Of a DNA stretch of 64,000 bases, positions 45,614 to 56,276 are shown one piece after another. How positions within the stretch are numbered: position 1 is the first letter of the stretch; the number at the start of each line of letters is the position of its first letter. The notes under the pieces were generated by a model. That model ran no database searches and was not told the origin of the DNA. It worked only from the letters and a program-made list of their open reading frames with translations. Origin of the DNA: Candidatus Poribacteria bacterium. GTDB taxonomy: Bacteria > Poribacteria > WGA-4E > WGA-3G. The position numbers and the translations under genes are program-made. The DNA lies in contig OZ219753.1 of NCBI GenBank assembly GCA_964291315.2, forward strand, positions 928,001 to 992,000. The letters run 5' to 3'.

Positions 45614-46681
45614 TTAGGATACCCCTGCTAGCGGTACTTCCGTCAAACCCTGCTCAAATACCTTCTCAAATGCAGCTGCTGTGTCGTTACCGATCCGGAG
45701 CTCGTGGAGGAATTCACGGATTTTCGGGAACCCGAATTCATGGATGAGGAACGTTGCTATCGATGCCGATTGGATATAAGCCAATTTGCGGGTGTGTATG
45801 GGCAGTTCGCTAAATGGGTGGCTCAACGTTGCAAACGAAAGTAGCCGATTTTTGTCAATAGCGTTCTTTAACACAAACCGCTCGGATTGGAACATCGGAC
45901 GAGCTATGTTTTGTGCAAGTCCTTCGTTAAGCCACACGGGGCAAGATCCGTCTGTTAGATGATCAACCAACAAATGCACCCATTCGTGTCGTAACAGCGC
46001 GTATAGGACGCTCAGGACGGGATCCCCTGCGGCGCAGTATTCCAAGTGAATGCTGCCGTTGTAAAACCCACTTGCCCACTTTGGAAGCGAGCGTTGAACT
46101 TGGTTAGCGCCGCTCGAATTAGTAATCGAAACGGAAGGGGGGAGGAGCGGGTAGCATCCAAACATCTTGCCCAAGTCAGCGCGCGTTTTATGAACCAGTT
46201 GGTAGATGTCCCACATTGCTTGTGGACTCATGGCAGAGGGGCAGATGAGCTTGAAGGAATTAGAAACTACGACCTGTTTAGTAGGTTGCGTGGGATCTTG
46301 TTCCAACCGTTTAAGGAATGCTTGAGGCGGCGGTTCCCGAAGATCGTTTGAACAAATTAGCGCGTCATAGCATGCTTTTTCGTCAAGCACCCGCGCTTTT
46401 CGCCTCAAGGCGGTTGGTGAATCTGGGCATAACCGCAAGGCGATGTCAAGACATGCCAAGGCGTTATCCCACTTTCCAATCATCTCGTAGGCTTTCGCGA
46501 TATCTGCATAAATGTAGTGGTGCTGTACCGAACCCAATTTCAAGCCAGCAAGGTAGTGTTGGATTGCCTCAACATAGCATGCTTTCCTGTAACTGAGCGC
46601 TGCTTGTCGAAAATGCGATAGCGCCAGTGAACGGGTATAATTTAAGCGCACTGTTTCTACAAGGAAATGAAGCACATTCAA
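45614..46681 (-). CDS. TPR + peptidase MA-like metallopeptidase
   Basis: N-terminal TPR-like helices; LRHEWVH...PVWLNEGLA. Confidence 0.85.
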   Translation of the reverse strand: MNVLHFLVETVRLNYTRSLALSHFRQAALSYRKACYVEAIQHYLAGLKLGSVQHHYIYADIAKAYEMIGKWDNALACLDIALRLCPDSPTALRRKARVLDEKACYDALICSNDLREPPPQAFLKRLEQDPTQPTKQVVVSNSFKLICPSAMSPQAMWDIYQLVHKTRADLGKMFGCYPLLPPSVSITNSSGANQVQRSLPKWASGFYNGSIHLEYCAAGDPVLSVLYALLRHEWVHLLVDHLTDGSCPVWLNEGLAQNIARPMFQSERFVLKNAIDKNRLLSFATLSHPFSELPIHTRKLAYIQSASIATFLIHEFGFPKIREFLHELRIGNDTAAAFEKVFEQGLTEVPLAGVS

Positions 46682-46732
46682 GACAGCCTGCCAATGTACA
46701 GCACCCCCCTTCTCCTATGTGATTGCGAATGT

Positions 46733-47380
46733 CTATTTAATATCAACGATCTTAAAACTGACTTTTCCGCATTTTAGGGTAGTTCCGGATTGAACGCGAG
46801 CCTGCGTTTCAACAGGTTGATTATCAACATAAGTTGCATCGGAGCTCCCTAAATCTGTAAGGTATACTTCTTCGTCTTTGGCTTCAAATCGAACGTGTAG
46901 ACGAGAAAGCGTCTGGATGGTGTTATAGCGTTTTGATACTTCTCGGGGTGCAACTGATTGCTCAGTGTCCCAGGATTCTACGGCATCGGCAGTTGGTAGG
47001 GACCCGTCAACCTGCATAATTTCAGTTGTCTCGCTGCCCATTCCTTGTGGACTGTAGCCAAATTGCGGCATCAGTCCATCGGTAGCAACCGTTTCCGGTG
47101 TTTCGCCTCGAATTTCCGCCATGACCCGCGCGCGAGATCGTTCTTCTGCTCCAGGGCGCGGTAGGATGTTTTCTCGCTCTTCAAAGCGGTAATGGGCAAA
47201 GTCGACCAGCTGTTTCAAGGGTTGAAACTCTGGCAAATTATTACTGTTTTTCAAAAGGCGTTTCTGCTTACGTGATAACCTTTCATTTTTTAACCATCGC
47301 GTATATGCTTCTAATACCTCGGCTTTCTTCAGCTCATCTGCTGAGATATTAGGCCTTCGCAATCTTTTCCAAAAGCTCAT
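46733..47380 (-). CDS. Protein with a degenerate C-terminal FHA domain
   Basis: SRLH...LTDLGSSDATYVD; GGAGG RBS. Confidence 0.75.
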   Translation of the reverse strand: MSFWKRLRRPNISADELKKAEVLEAYTRWLKNERLSRKQKRLLKNSNNLPEFQPLKQLVDFAHYRFEERENILPRPGAEERSRARVMAEIRGETPETVATDGLMPQFGYSPQGMGSETTEIMQVDGSLPTADAVESWDTEQSVAPREVSKRYNTIQTLSRLHVRFEAKDEEVYLTDLGSSDATYVDNQPVETQARVQSGTTLKCGKVSFKIVDIK

Positions 47381-47455
47381 AATGGTTAATCCTCCCATTA
47401 ATTTATGTTCACTAAATTTCTATAGATTTTTTCGAAGCTTGCAAGAAGCACATGT

Positions 47456-48070
47456 TTAATATATCCATTGGATACCTTTAGCGATCAGAATTTTGCGCAG
47501 CTCTTCCGTACACCGGAAGATCCATATCTTCACAGTGCCGTCTTTCCTATTGAGGATGCGAGCAATCTCTGCAATACTGTATCCCTCTAAGTGGCGCAAC
47601 ATCCACGCGATGCGGTGGTTCGGTTTTGTCACTTGCTCTAGGGCGGCCTCCAAGAGTCTTTGTGCTTCGGCGGCTTCAAATTCTTGTTCGGGTCCTGGAC
47701 ATGGATCTTCATATTCACTCAACGGTTGCTCGTCTTCACCGGGTAAACCACTGAGCGGTCGGTCTCGGATCCGATCCCGTTTCCGTATCGCGTCAATGAT
47801 TGTATTTCGTGCTACTGTATTTAGCCATGCTTGAAAACTGCCCTGCTCAGTGTCCCATTTGCCCAGCTTTTGCCAGACCTTGATAAACACATCTGAGGCG
47901 ACCTCTTCCGCATCTTGGTAGTTCCCAAGCATTCGGTGAGCTTTGTTATACACCCACTTATAGTGCTTGTCGAACAATTGCCTAAACGCAGCATCATTAC
48001 CGGCTTTCGCTTGCGTTGCGAGATAGGTATCTTCGACAGCAGATAAGTCCTTAGATATTTGGCGCGCCAT
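47456..48070 (-). CDS. ECF sigma factor
   Basis: DAEEVASDVFIKVW, FQAWLNTVARN, GYSIAEIA...GTVK. Confidence 0.92.
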   Translation of the reverse strand: MARQISKDLSAVEDTYLATQAKAGNDAAFRQLFDKHYKWVYNKAHRMLGNYQDAEEVASDVFIKVWQKLGKWDTEQGSFQAWLNTVARNTIIDAIRKRDRIRDRPLSGLPGEDEQPLSEYEDPCPGPEQEFEAAEAQRLLEAALEQVTKPNHRIAWMLRHLEGYSIAEIARILNRKDGTVKIWIFRCTEELRKILIAKGIQWIY

Positions 48071-48346
48071 TACTATCTGCTCCTTTACCTATAAAAAATC
48101 CTTATAATAACATGCTAAATCATATAACGTAGATGCACCCAACTGGGTTTCAAAATATCGAAAAAAACAGTGGAAATGGTGCGTTCTGGAGAATCAACAT
48201 CTAACGAACATCATATTAAAAGATTATCTTAATTTTACTGTATTTTTCCGCAATGTGTCAACAAAAAAGAGGCTTTGCTTGGGTTTTTAACATTCCTAAT
48301 AGTTTATAAGTGAAAAGATAAAACGTAATTTTGGTGTCCAAGGTGC

Positions 48347-49432
48347 TTAAAATCCTGAAAATTGTAAATTAGATACCACTTCCTCCAACACAACTGTGGC
48401 GTAGCTGCCTGCTGGTAGTATGAAACTCAGACAGATACCTGTATTATCGGCTGCGGAAACATCCTCAAGGGTCATGGGTATCCGTAAAGCTCTGCGCGTA
48501 CCGGGTAACCGGATCCCAACAACCTTACGAAATGCCTCACGGTAAATCCGTTCATCGCGGAGAGCAGCGGATTCTAATGCCAATACATCGCCCGCGGGTA
48601 GACGCATTTTGTATCCGAAAATTGGGCCCGATGGACTGATTTCAAAAGCGTCTGCCCGATGTTGTTCGTGCTTCGCGCTCTTAACGAGAAAAGGGGCTCC
48701 GTTGCTATGTTTTATTGCGAGATCGCCATCAGAAAGTTTCTCTAAGTCCGGGGATCGTTTCGCCAGAATACAATTAAACAGGTACGCCTGATATGCGGAT
48801 AAAAATAATTTTCGGAGACGATATGGAATACATAGGACTGCGTTGGCTGCAGATGTGCATGCTAATTCCCGTTGTATCCGCCGAGTAACAGCGTTCGGTA
48901 TTGCGCCATCTGTAAGGATATACTGCATCACCGTTTCCCAGTCCGCCCTCATTAAAGCTTTACCGATCAGATGTGAATTGTTTCTATTTCCGAATCGCTG
49001 AATGCCGAACCGATTGGGGACACCTTTGGTTACCAATTCTTCCATCACAGTCTTGATTGTTTGAAGTTGGGTTTGATCGAAGGCACGCACTGTTATTCGA
49101 AAGCGGTTGCCTGACAAGTGGCCCACTCTCAATTTATGTCTGTGCCGTTCTGCCCATAATACGTCGATAACTGGTTGTCCAATCTTCAAAACCTGTTCTG
49201 GGGGTATGCCTTCTACAGATAACACCTGTGTTGTGATTGCATTTTTATCTTTTAGCCCGGCGTAACCGAAATTTCGTGGAGGCACTTGTAGCTCTCTTGC
49301 AATTCGGTTGATCGCCTCTAATGTGGTCAGGTTAACTTTCCGGATAGCAAAAAAGGTATGTACTCCTTCACACGCGGGTTCATAAAGCGGGAGTTCTTCA
49401 ACAATAAAGTCTTCAGGGGCTATGTTCAACAT
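48347..49432 (-). CDS. truD: tRNA pseudouridine(13) synthase
   Basis: PEDFIVEE, GYAGLKDKNAITTQ, GNRF, PNRFGIQRFG, GSYATVVL. Confidence 0.93.
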   Translation of the reverse strand: MLNIAPEDFIVEELPLYEPACEGVHTFFAIRKVNLTTLEAINRIARELQVPPRNFGYAGLKDKNAITTQVLSVEGIPPEQVLKIGQPVIDVLWAERHRHKLRVGHLSGNRFRITVRAFDQTQLQTIKTVMEELVTKGVPNRFGIQRFGNRNNSHLIGKALMRADWETVMQYILTDGAIPNAVTRRIQRELACTSAANAVLCIPYRLRKLFLSAYQAYLFNCILAKRSPDLEKLSDGDLAIKHSNGAPFLVKSAKHEQHRADAFEISPSGPIFGYKMRLPAGDVLALESAALRDERIYREAFRKVVGIRLPGTRRALRIPMTLEDVSAADNTGICLSFILPAGSYATVVLEEVVSNLQFSGF

Positions 49433-49701
49433 TGTAGCTGCTGCTTTCAGCGATCTATTTGTTGGAAGGTTTTATTCCTCTATGGGAAATTATAGTATCT
49501 ATGAAAAACGTGGGAGTTTGTATCTTATTATAGGCGCTAAAAGTTATATTTGTCAATTCGTATTTCTTGTGAAATCCCTGCAATCCACATTCAGGTGCTT
49601 ACCAACACCTATCCTTCTGGCAGGAAGGCCCCTTACCAAGAACACCTACTAAACCACAACTGCCAACCCTTAAAGATTGAATATCTCATAGCAATATTTG
49701 T

Positions 49702-49730
49702 TTGCTATCTTCAATGAATTGTGATATACT
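49702..49730 (+). promoter_or_regulatory. Sigma70-type promoter
   Basis: TTGCTA-N17-TATACT with TGn, upstream of AGGAGG and the ferredoxin fusion. Confidence 0.55.
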
Positions 49731-49763
49731 TAATGTTGAAGCACCAGCAAAAAGGAGGGAAAA

Positions 49764-51023
49764 ATGGCTTACATAATTTGTGAACCGTGCATTGACGTAA
49801 TGGATACTGCCTGTGTTGATGTTTGTCCCGTTGACTGCATACATACCACGGAAGGCGAAAAGCAGCTTTATATTAACCCTGATGAGTGTATTGACTGTGC
49901 AGCATGTGTACCCGCATGCCCTGTCGATGCCATCTCCATGGAAAGTGATGTGCCTGCCGATTGGCAAGGATATATTGAGATAAACCGTAAATTTTTTGAG
50001 ACCTTCGTCAAACCCGAAACCACAGAAAGTGCGGACGACGAGGCGGGGACAAAGCGCAAGGTCAAGGAACAGGGCATCCCTGAAGAATTCGTGCAAGTGC
50101 CAGAAGTGCCAGATTCACGGTTGCGGCCCCCGTTTAATCTTTTGACAATGCTCATGCAGCCGCTCCTTGGTGCGTTCTCAGCGAAGTTTAAAATACAACT
50201 TGAGGAAATAGCTGGAAATTCAAGAGTCTTCAGTGCAGCTGTATCAACTGGCATCAACTGTTTAATTAACATAGCGCTTTATCCGATTCTCTTGTTCTTG
50301 ATCGCTGTCAGAGTGCAAGGGGCCAGCGTTTTCACCAGCCAAGGCAATCTGATGATCTTTTTGGGGATAGTGATTGGAATCGCAGAGGGTCTTTATCGAT
50401 TTAAAGATGAATTCAATTCCACCGTCGAGCAACAACGTTATGGTGCAGCGTTCTACGGTTGGCTTCCTTCGTTAGCTGCTCTGCCGCTGTTAAAGGCATT
50501 CCGTTCTGTGCTGGTCGTTACGCCTGAAACGGGGCGTACAACAGTCCCCGGATCGGTAGATACCGCTGGTGCTGTCTACTCCGATGATGTGCGAGAGCGT
50601 TACAGACGTTACGGTATGGTGAACCGCATCACAGAAACGGCGAATCACTACGAAGTTGAAATTGAGTTCCCCAGATGGGTTCCCAATTCTGTTGCGAAAG
50701 AAAAGTATGAACTGCCCGATCGAATGCCCGACTACACCTATGAAATTAATCTGCATTCACCCTATGTACCTGGCGAAACACCGCACCCTGAAAGTATTTT
50801 AACTGTTCAGACGCAGCTGGATGATCCAAGGTTCGCTTCTGTATTGGGACGTGCAAGTTCGTTTCCAAACGGTTTCACAAACATCTTACCGCTCTCAGGG
50901 CAACCCGAGGATTTTCAGGCGGTTTATCGGGACAAGGTACTGACAATTGTCGTCGCGAAAAATGGAAGCTGTGAGGCACTTGGGCTTGAGCCGACGGTCC
51001 ATTACGCGAAACTTAAGGGATAG
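49764..51023 (+). CDS. Dicluster (7Fe-type) ferredoxin fused to TM helices and an HSP20-like C-terminal domain
   Basis: CIDVMDTACVDVCPVDCI, CIDCAACVPACPV; hydrophobic helices; ETANHYEVEIEFP...AVYRDKVLTIVV. Confidence 0.8.
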   Translation: MAYIICEPCIDVMDTACVDVCPVDCIHTTEGEKQLYINPDECIDCAACVPACPVDAISMESDVPADWQGYIEINRKFFETFVKPETTESADDEAGTKRKVKEQGIPEEFVQVPEVPDSRLRPPFNLLTMLMQPLLGAFSAKFKIQLEEIAGNSRVFSAAVSTGINCLINIALYPILLFLIAVRVQGASVFTSQGNLMIFLGIVIGIAEGLYRFKDEFNSTVEQQRYGAAFYGWLPSLAALPLLKAFRSVLVVTPETGRTTVPGSVDTAGAVYSDDVRERYRRYGMVNRITETANHYEVEIEFPRWVPNSVAKEKYELPDRMPDYTYEINLHSPYVPGETPHPESILTVQTQLDDPRFASVLGRASSFPNGFTNILPLSGQPEDFQAVYRDKVLTIVVAKNGSCEALGLEPTVHYAKLKG

Positions 51024-51170
51024 CACAACCGCTAATCTAACGTGGTCTTGTAGATATTTGGCTTATCTCTAAATAAAGCGAAGCCGCTGGTATAGGGAAG
51101 CGCAACGCTTTCATTTTTTTATTCAACGCAGTTACCGATGCTTTTCGCACCTCTTAGGAAAATCACAGAC

Positions 51171-51681
51171 ATGAATGCTGATCTTTTACAACTTATCATA
51201 GATTACACCACAAAAGAACACGCCGAAATCAACGCCAAGCTGCTCGGCAAGTCTAAAGACAATAAAGGTCGAACACTGTGAAATCAAACCTCGTAATGTT
51301 CGCTCGGATGCAAAACGTCCTCGTAAATTAAACGGTGCAGGTAATTTTACAGATTACACTTGGGCAAAGTTCCAAAGGCACCAAACGGAGAACCCGAAGA
51401 TGCTAGTTGCTGGTTTTGTTGATGGCATCCTCATTCACATATTCGAGTTTAGTTTCAACGAACCAGGTTTCACATCTCGTTTGCGCGATAGACTTGAGGA
51501 CAGATTTCCAAATGGCGACATCACCGGGCAATACCTACGAAGTGCAGCTTTTTCATTTGGTCATTACAAAGATGCGGATAGCTTGAAAATAATTTATGCC
51601 GCGTCCGGGCAGAAACTCATCAAAGCACAGCTCTACATAACAAAAGGGGTGTTCGAGCATTTGGAGAAGACAACACAATGA
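51171..51681 (+). pseudogene. Frameshifted/deleted restriction-endonuclease-like gene
   Basis: 36-aa ORF 51171-51281 with RBS. Another frame resumes near 51265 (HCEIKPRN...KLNGAGNFTDYT...MLVAGFVDG) and ends overlapping the methylase ATG. Confidence 0.65.
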
Positions 51682-52613
51682 ATATTGCCAAGAACCGTCT
51701 TCTTAAAGAGGACTTGTTGGACAGTAGACAAATTACAGGGGCCACCCTCGAAGAAGGGAAACTCATTGAAGGCAATACTCTTAGCGTTCTAGATAAGATA
51801 GACGATAATGTTATCAATGTCGGGATTACTTCGCCTCCATATAACAAGCAAGAAAAACAGAAAGGCTGGCTTGTGAAAAATGTGGTGTATGATGCCTACA
51901 AAGATGCTGTGCCTGAACCCGAGTATCAGCAGAACCAAATAGATGTGCTGAACGAGATTTACCGGGTAACCGCACCCGGCGGTTCATTTTTCTATAATCA
52001 TAAACTCCGATGGAATAGAGGCAACATGTATCATCCTATGGACTGGCTGCGTAAAACCGAATGGACAGTAAAGCAGGAGATCATTTGGGACAGGGCGATC
52101 GCAGCAAACATACGTGGCTGGCGGTTTTGGCAAGTAGAGGAGCGCGTTTATTGGTTGTATAAGCCTATCGGAGACTACTTAATCGGAAAAGAACTGAGAT
52201 CCTGTGATGCGAAGTTGACATCTGTATGGCGCGGTGTGCCTGAAAATGGCAGGAAGAATCCGCATCCTGCCCCCTTTCCTATCTGGCTGCCAGCCCGTGT
52301 CATTATATCCATCCTGGGTACAGAAACACAAGGGATTGTGCTAGACCCCTATATTGGCAGCGGCACGACCGCTGTTGCAGCAAAGCTGTTAGGACATAAA
52401 TATATAGGCATTGACAGAAGCCCTACGTATTTGAAGATGACCAGCGGCAGAGTGGATAATGCTCTTAATGAGATGCCTAAAATCCAAGAAGAACTCGCGT
52501 TGCATGATGTACGGACGAGCTTTAAGGAACGCAAATCACAAGGTAGGAACGTAGGTAAATATCGTAAAACAGACGATAACAATGACGAAAACCAGCAGAA
52601 TTTTCTTACATAA
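51678..52613 (+). CDS. Beta-class site-specific DNA methyltransferase (N4C/N6A)
   Basis: ITSPPYN, HPAPFP, LDPYIGSGTT. Confidence 0.92.
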   Translation: MNIAKNRLLKEDLLDSRQITGATLEEGKLIEGNTLSVLDKIDDNVINVGITSPPYNKQEKQKGWLVKNVVYDAYKDAVPEPEYQQNQIDVLNEIYRVTAPGGSFFYNHKLRWNRGNMYHPMDWLRKTEWTVKQEIIWDRAIAANIRGWRFWQVEERVYWLYKPIGDYLIGKELRSCDAKLTSVWRGVPENGRKNPHPAPFPIWLPARVIISILGTETQGIVLDPYIGSGTTAVAAKLLGHKYIGIDRSPTYLKMTSGRVDNALNEMPKIQEELALHDVRTSFKERKSQGRNVGKYRKTDDNNDENQQNFLT

Positions 52614-52706
52614 GAGGGTTTCCCCTAAAATAATGATAGAACCAGGGTTCTCTAACCCTTAATTAAAGCAAAACCTCCTTTTTCCAAACTCACATTAATA
52701 TAGACT

Positions 52707-54053
52707 ATGCTCGATAAAAAAACGCTTGTCGCTTGGGATAAGCGTTATCTCTGGCACCCGTTCACTCAAATGCAGGATTGGTTGGCAGAAGAACCAGTTA
52801 TTATTCAACGCGGTGACGGGTGCTACCTCACTGATATTGATGGCAATCGGTATATTGACGGTATGGCATCTATGTGGACGAACATCCACGGACACACTCA
52901 TGCTGAGATCAACACGGCGCTCAAAGCACAAATTGATAAAATCGCGCACAGCACATTGCTCGGTTATAGTAATGTACCCGCAATTCGACTTGCAAAAAAA
53001 TTAGTAGAACTCACGCCGGCCGGGCTCAATAAGGTATTTTATTCGGATAACGGTTCAACCGCTGTCGAAGTTGCTTTGAAGATGGCATATCAGTATTGGC
53101 AGCATAGGGGACAACTCCGACGTAAATGGTTTATTCACTTTGACAAGGCATACCACGGGGACACCATAGGTTCTATGAGCGTTGGCGGGATTGATAGTTT
53201 CCACACGGCTTTTGATCCGCTCCTCTTCAGAAGTATCCGTGTATCTGCTCCTGAAGTCTATCGCTTCTGCAATACGGATGCCTCGCGGGTTAAAGTCGAA
53301 TGGCTCAATGCCGTAGAGAGCGCACTTTCGGAATATACTGGACAAATTGCTGGTATCATTGTGGAACCCTTAATTCAAGGGGCTGGCGGGATGCTAATTT
53401 CCCCGAAAGGATTTTTGAAAGAACTCTCAGCATTGGCAAAACGGTCGGAAACCCTTCTCATCGTTGATGAAGTGATGACAGGTTTTGGACGCACCGGCAA
53501 AATGTGGGCATGTGAACATGAAACCGTGACTCCTGACCTCTTATGTACAGCTAAAGGTCTCGCTGCCGGCTATCTTCCACTTGCTGCGACGTTAACCACA
53601 GATGAAATTTATAACGCTTTCCTCGGTGAATACAGAGACCTCAAAGCTTTCTTCCACGGACACACCTTCACTGGCAACCCTCTAGCTTGTGCTGTCGCCC
53701 TAGAAAATATTGCTATTTTCGAGCGTGAAAACCTGCTTGCCCGGCTCCAACCGACTATTGAACACTTCGGAAATCGGCTTCAACACTTCTATACGCTCCC
53801 GCATGTCGCAGACGTGCGGGTATGTGGATTTGCTGCTGGTGTGGAGCTAATGAAAAACCGAGACACCAACATGTCTTATCCATTGGAAGATAAGGTCGGT
53901 ATCAGGGTTTGCAAAGAGGCGCTCACCCGTGGTGCCCTGCTTCGTCCGCTTGTTAATACCATTGTCTTGATGCCACCGTTGCAGATTTCGATGTCAGAGT
54001 TAGACACACTTCTAGATATCGCTTACGCGTCAATAGAGGCTGTGACACGGTAA
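52707..54053 (+). CDS. bioA: Adenosylmethionine-8-amino-7-oxononanoate aminotransferase
   Basis: LWHPFTQM, DNGSTAVEVALKMA, YHGDT, DEVMTGFGRTG, AKGL, HGHTFTGNP. Confidence 0.95.
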   Translation: MLDKKTLVAWDKRYLWHPFTQMQDWLAEEPVIIQRGDGCYLTDIDGNRYIDGMASMWTNIHGHTHAEINTALKAQIDKIAHSTLLGYSNVPAIRLAKKLVELTPAGLNKVFYSDNGSTAVEVALKMAYQYWQHRGQLRRKWFIHFDKAYHGDTIGSMSVGGIDSFHTAFDPLLFRSIRVSAPEVYRFCNTDASRVKVEWLNAVESALSEYTGQIAGIIVEPLIQGAGGMLISPKGFLKELSALAKRSETLLIVDEVMTGFGRTGKMWACEHETVTPDLLCTAKGLAAGYLPLAATLTTDEIYNAFLGEYRDLKAFFHGHTFTGNPLACAVALENIAIFERENLLARLQPTIEHFGNRLQHFYTLPHVADVRVCGFAAGVELMKNRDTNMSYPLEDKVGIRVCKEALTRGALLRPLVNTIVLMPPLQISMSELDTLLDIAYASIEAVTR

Positions 54054-54078
54054 AGAGCATAGCATTCTGTAAAAGAAA

Positions 54079-54119
54079 AAAAATGGTAGGGTGAGCTTAA
54101 AACTCGCCCTACCATTTTT
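54079..54119. terminator. Bidirectional terminator (GTAG-type hairpin)
   Basis: AAAAATGGTAGGGTGAG/CTCGCCCTACCATTTTT between convergent genes. Confidence 0.8.
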
Positions 54120-54137
54120 AAAATTTGCTAAAAACGC

Positions 54138-56276
54138 TTAGAAGCTTGCGCGGCGCACTGCCATATTTTGGGCTCTATCCGTTACTCGAATGGTAATTGT
54201 ATGCAAACCTTCGGGGAGTTCGCCGGTTTCCAATAAAAGTTTTTCCTGTTTGGAATCGAAGATGCCATCATCAGGGAAGATTGCTTTCCAGTGTTCATCA
54301 CTGTCGATTTTATAGACTGCTTTCTCTATTGGTGTGCTTATATCCAAAACATCACAAGAGATTTTGTATGTGCGATTACCGTTCGCGATGATTTGAACTT
54401 CTCCAATAGAGGGTTGCGTGTTATCTATCTCAAACGGGAGGCTAACCTTCTCAACAGATTTTGCCCAACCAATTGGGTTGCTAAGTTTGTCAGTAGCAAC
54501 GGCCTTTACGACGTATTGACCGTCCCCAACGGTGGTGATGTCCCATTCGTATTCCGCTTTGGAAAGTTCTTTTTTTAGAAGCCGCCAGTTGCTATCCGTA
54601 ACTGCTTTGTAGTAGAGGGTATACTGCAACGTATCATCGTTTGGATCTTCTACTTTCCAGTTAACCTTCCAGTTTTTGGTAGGGGCGTTATTTCCGTTAT
54701 TGGATCGCCCGCTGTCGCCGCCGCGCGGCCCCGGGGGAGCTAATCCGCCAGGGGAGCGCCGGCCTTGTTCTCTATTCCTACTGCTTCTACCGTCATCCAC
54801 CTCGATACTCGTAAACCGTGGTTCAATATTTGCCTGCGCTGAAGCGAGCGTAACCTTTTTCAAGGTAGGTGTTTGCGCTTCATCACTCGTTGTGAACTTC
54901 GCGCGCCACTGGATGTACTGTGCATCGGCGTTCGGTATCTGAGAACCTTCTGCAGTGGTCAATGCCTCTGACCAGTCGTTCCATGTGTCATCCGGCTTTT
55001 TGGTATTTCCAGTACGGGTTGAAAAGGAGATAGATGCCCCTTCGCTCATTTCACCTTTCCATGAGAGCTTTCCCCAACGTGACAGACTTTGGGCGTTATG
55101 AACTGTTGACTCAAGCGTGCCTTCTTTAACGTAAGTCTGTGTGAGCGTAAAGAGTTTACCGGGGTTGCCTGTAGCGAGGAGCGTTTGAGTTTTCCCTGCC
55201 AGCTCTTTTTGGTGTATGGCGATGACCTGGTTTGCTGAACACTTTCCGACTTCAACGTAATCTCCGCTCATCGGGTTAATCCGGTAGAGTTTTCCATCAT
55301 CTCCGGTCCCAGCGAGAATTTGGGTGTCACTTTCGAGGACGATCGCCAAAATGAGCGGTTCAGGCGAATTCCAAACGGGTACAACAGTCCCATCCGGTCG
55401 GATTTTGTAGATGTTAGACGTGTTTTCTTCCGGCGGGCCACCACCAGGCGGCGGCGGTGCACTCGGCGGCGGCGGACCATTTGGCCCCCGGCGGCCCCTT
55501 GAAGGTTCCGCGGGTGCCGAGGTAACAACTGCGGCGTACAGATTCCCTTGACTATCTACCTCAAGTGCACGCACCTCTTTTTCTTTTGCTTGATAGATGA
55601 CCTTCGCTGTACCATCGTTCATAACATGGTAGATGATACCATTGTCGCTGCTGCCAGCATAGAAACTGTTTTCCTGAACCAGCAGCGTCATGATGTTCTT
55701 CTCTTCAGCATCAAAGAGGACGCTTGATTCCCCTTCCGGTGTGATTTTGTAAATCTTACCGTCTGTACCTGTTGCAGCGTAGAGATTCCCCGCTTCGTCA
55801 AACTGCAGCGCCCATACGTACTTATCACCTTTATTCAGAATTGTCTGAGGTGGTGTGGTGGCATCAGTGATTTTGTAAATCAACCCGTCAGGTCCTGTAC
55901 CGGCGTAGAGAGCATCGTCGGGACCGATAGCGAGACTATAAATTGTAACTTCTGGTGAATTGTAATAAAGTTCTGCGCTGTCCGCACCTGCGTTAACTTT
56001 ATAAATTTTCCCTTCGTTCCCGGTGCCAGCATAGAGATTTCCTGCTGCATCCTCAGCAAGTGCCCATATCTGTGTTTCCTTCAGCTTTGTAAAAGAATCA
56101 ATTTTTGGAGCTAACATTACGGCACCCGTACTCGTCAGTGATAGTCCTTTGCGTTTGCCTGCCTCAAAATCGGCGTGATGTTTCTGCTCCCACACAGAGG
56201 TCTTGACTGCAAGTGCTGCGTTTGCGAAAGTAAAGATGGTTAAAAGAAGACTCCAAAAGGAGATGACACGGCGCAT
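54138..56276 (-). CDS. Secreted beta-propeller + FN3-like domain protein
   Basis: Signal peptide MRRVISFW, repeated LYAGTG..G.IYK blades, DPNDDTLQY, IDNTQP. Confidence 0.8.
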   Translation of the reverse strand: MRRVISFWSLLLTIFTFANAALAVKTSVWEQKHHADFEAGKRKGLSLTSTGAVMLAPKIDSFTKLKETQIWALAEDAAGNLYAGTGNEGKIYKVNAGADSAELYYNSPEVTIYSLAIGPDDALYAGTGPDGLIYKITDATTPPQTILNKGDKYVWALQFDEAGNLYAATGTDGKIYKITPEGESSVLFDAEEKNIMTLLVQENSFYAGSSDNGIIYHVMNDGTAKVIYQAKEKEVRALEVDSQGNLYAAVVTSAPAEPSRGRRGPNGPPPPSAPPPPGGGPPEENTSNIYKIRPDGTVVPVWNSPEPLILAIVLESDTQILAGTGDDGKLYRINPMSGDYVEVGKCSANQVIAIHQKELAGKTQTLLATGNPGKLFTLTQTYVKEGTLESTVHNAQSLSRWGKLSWKGEMSEGASISFSTRTGNTKKPDDTWNDWSEALTTAEGSQIPNADAQYIQWRAKFTTSDEAQTPTLKKVTLASAQANIEPRFTSIEVDDGRSSRNREQGRRSPGGLAPPGPRGGDSGRSNNGNNAPTKNWKVNWKVEDPNDDTLQYTLYYKAVTDSNWRLLKKELSKAEYEWDITTVGDGQYVVKAVATDKLSNPIGWAKSVEKVSLPFEIDNTQPSIGEVQIIANGNRTYKISCDVLDISTPIEKAVYKIDSDEHWKAIFPDDGIFDSKQEKLLLETGELPEGLHTITIRVTDRAQNMAVRRASF

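Noticed and set aside
49433-49480. Non-canonical upstream start for truD
   Set aside because: The frame is open for 13 more codons after a GAGGA, but no ATG/GTG/TTG is present and this cannot be resolved from sequence alone.
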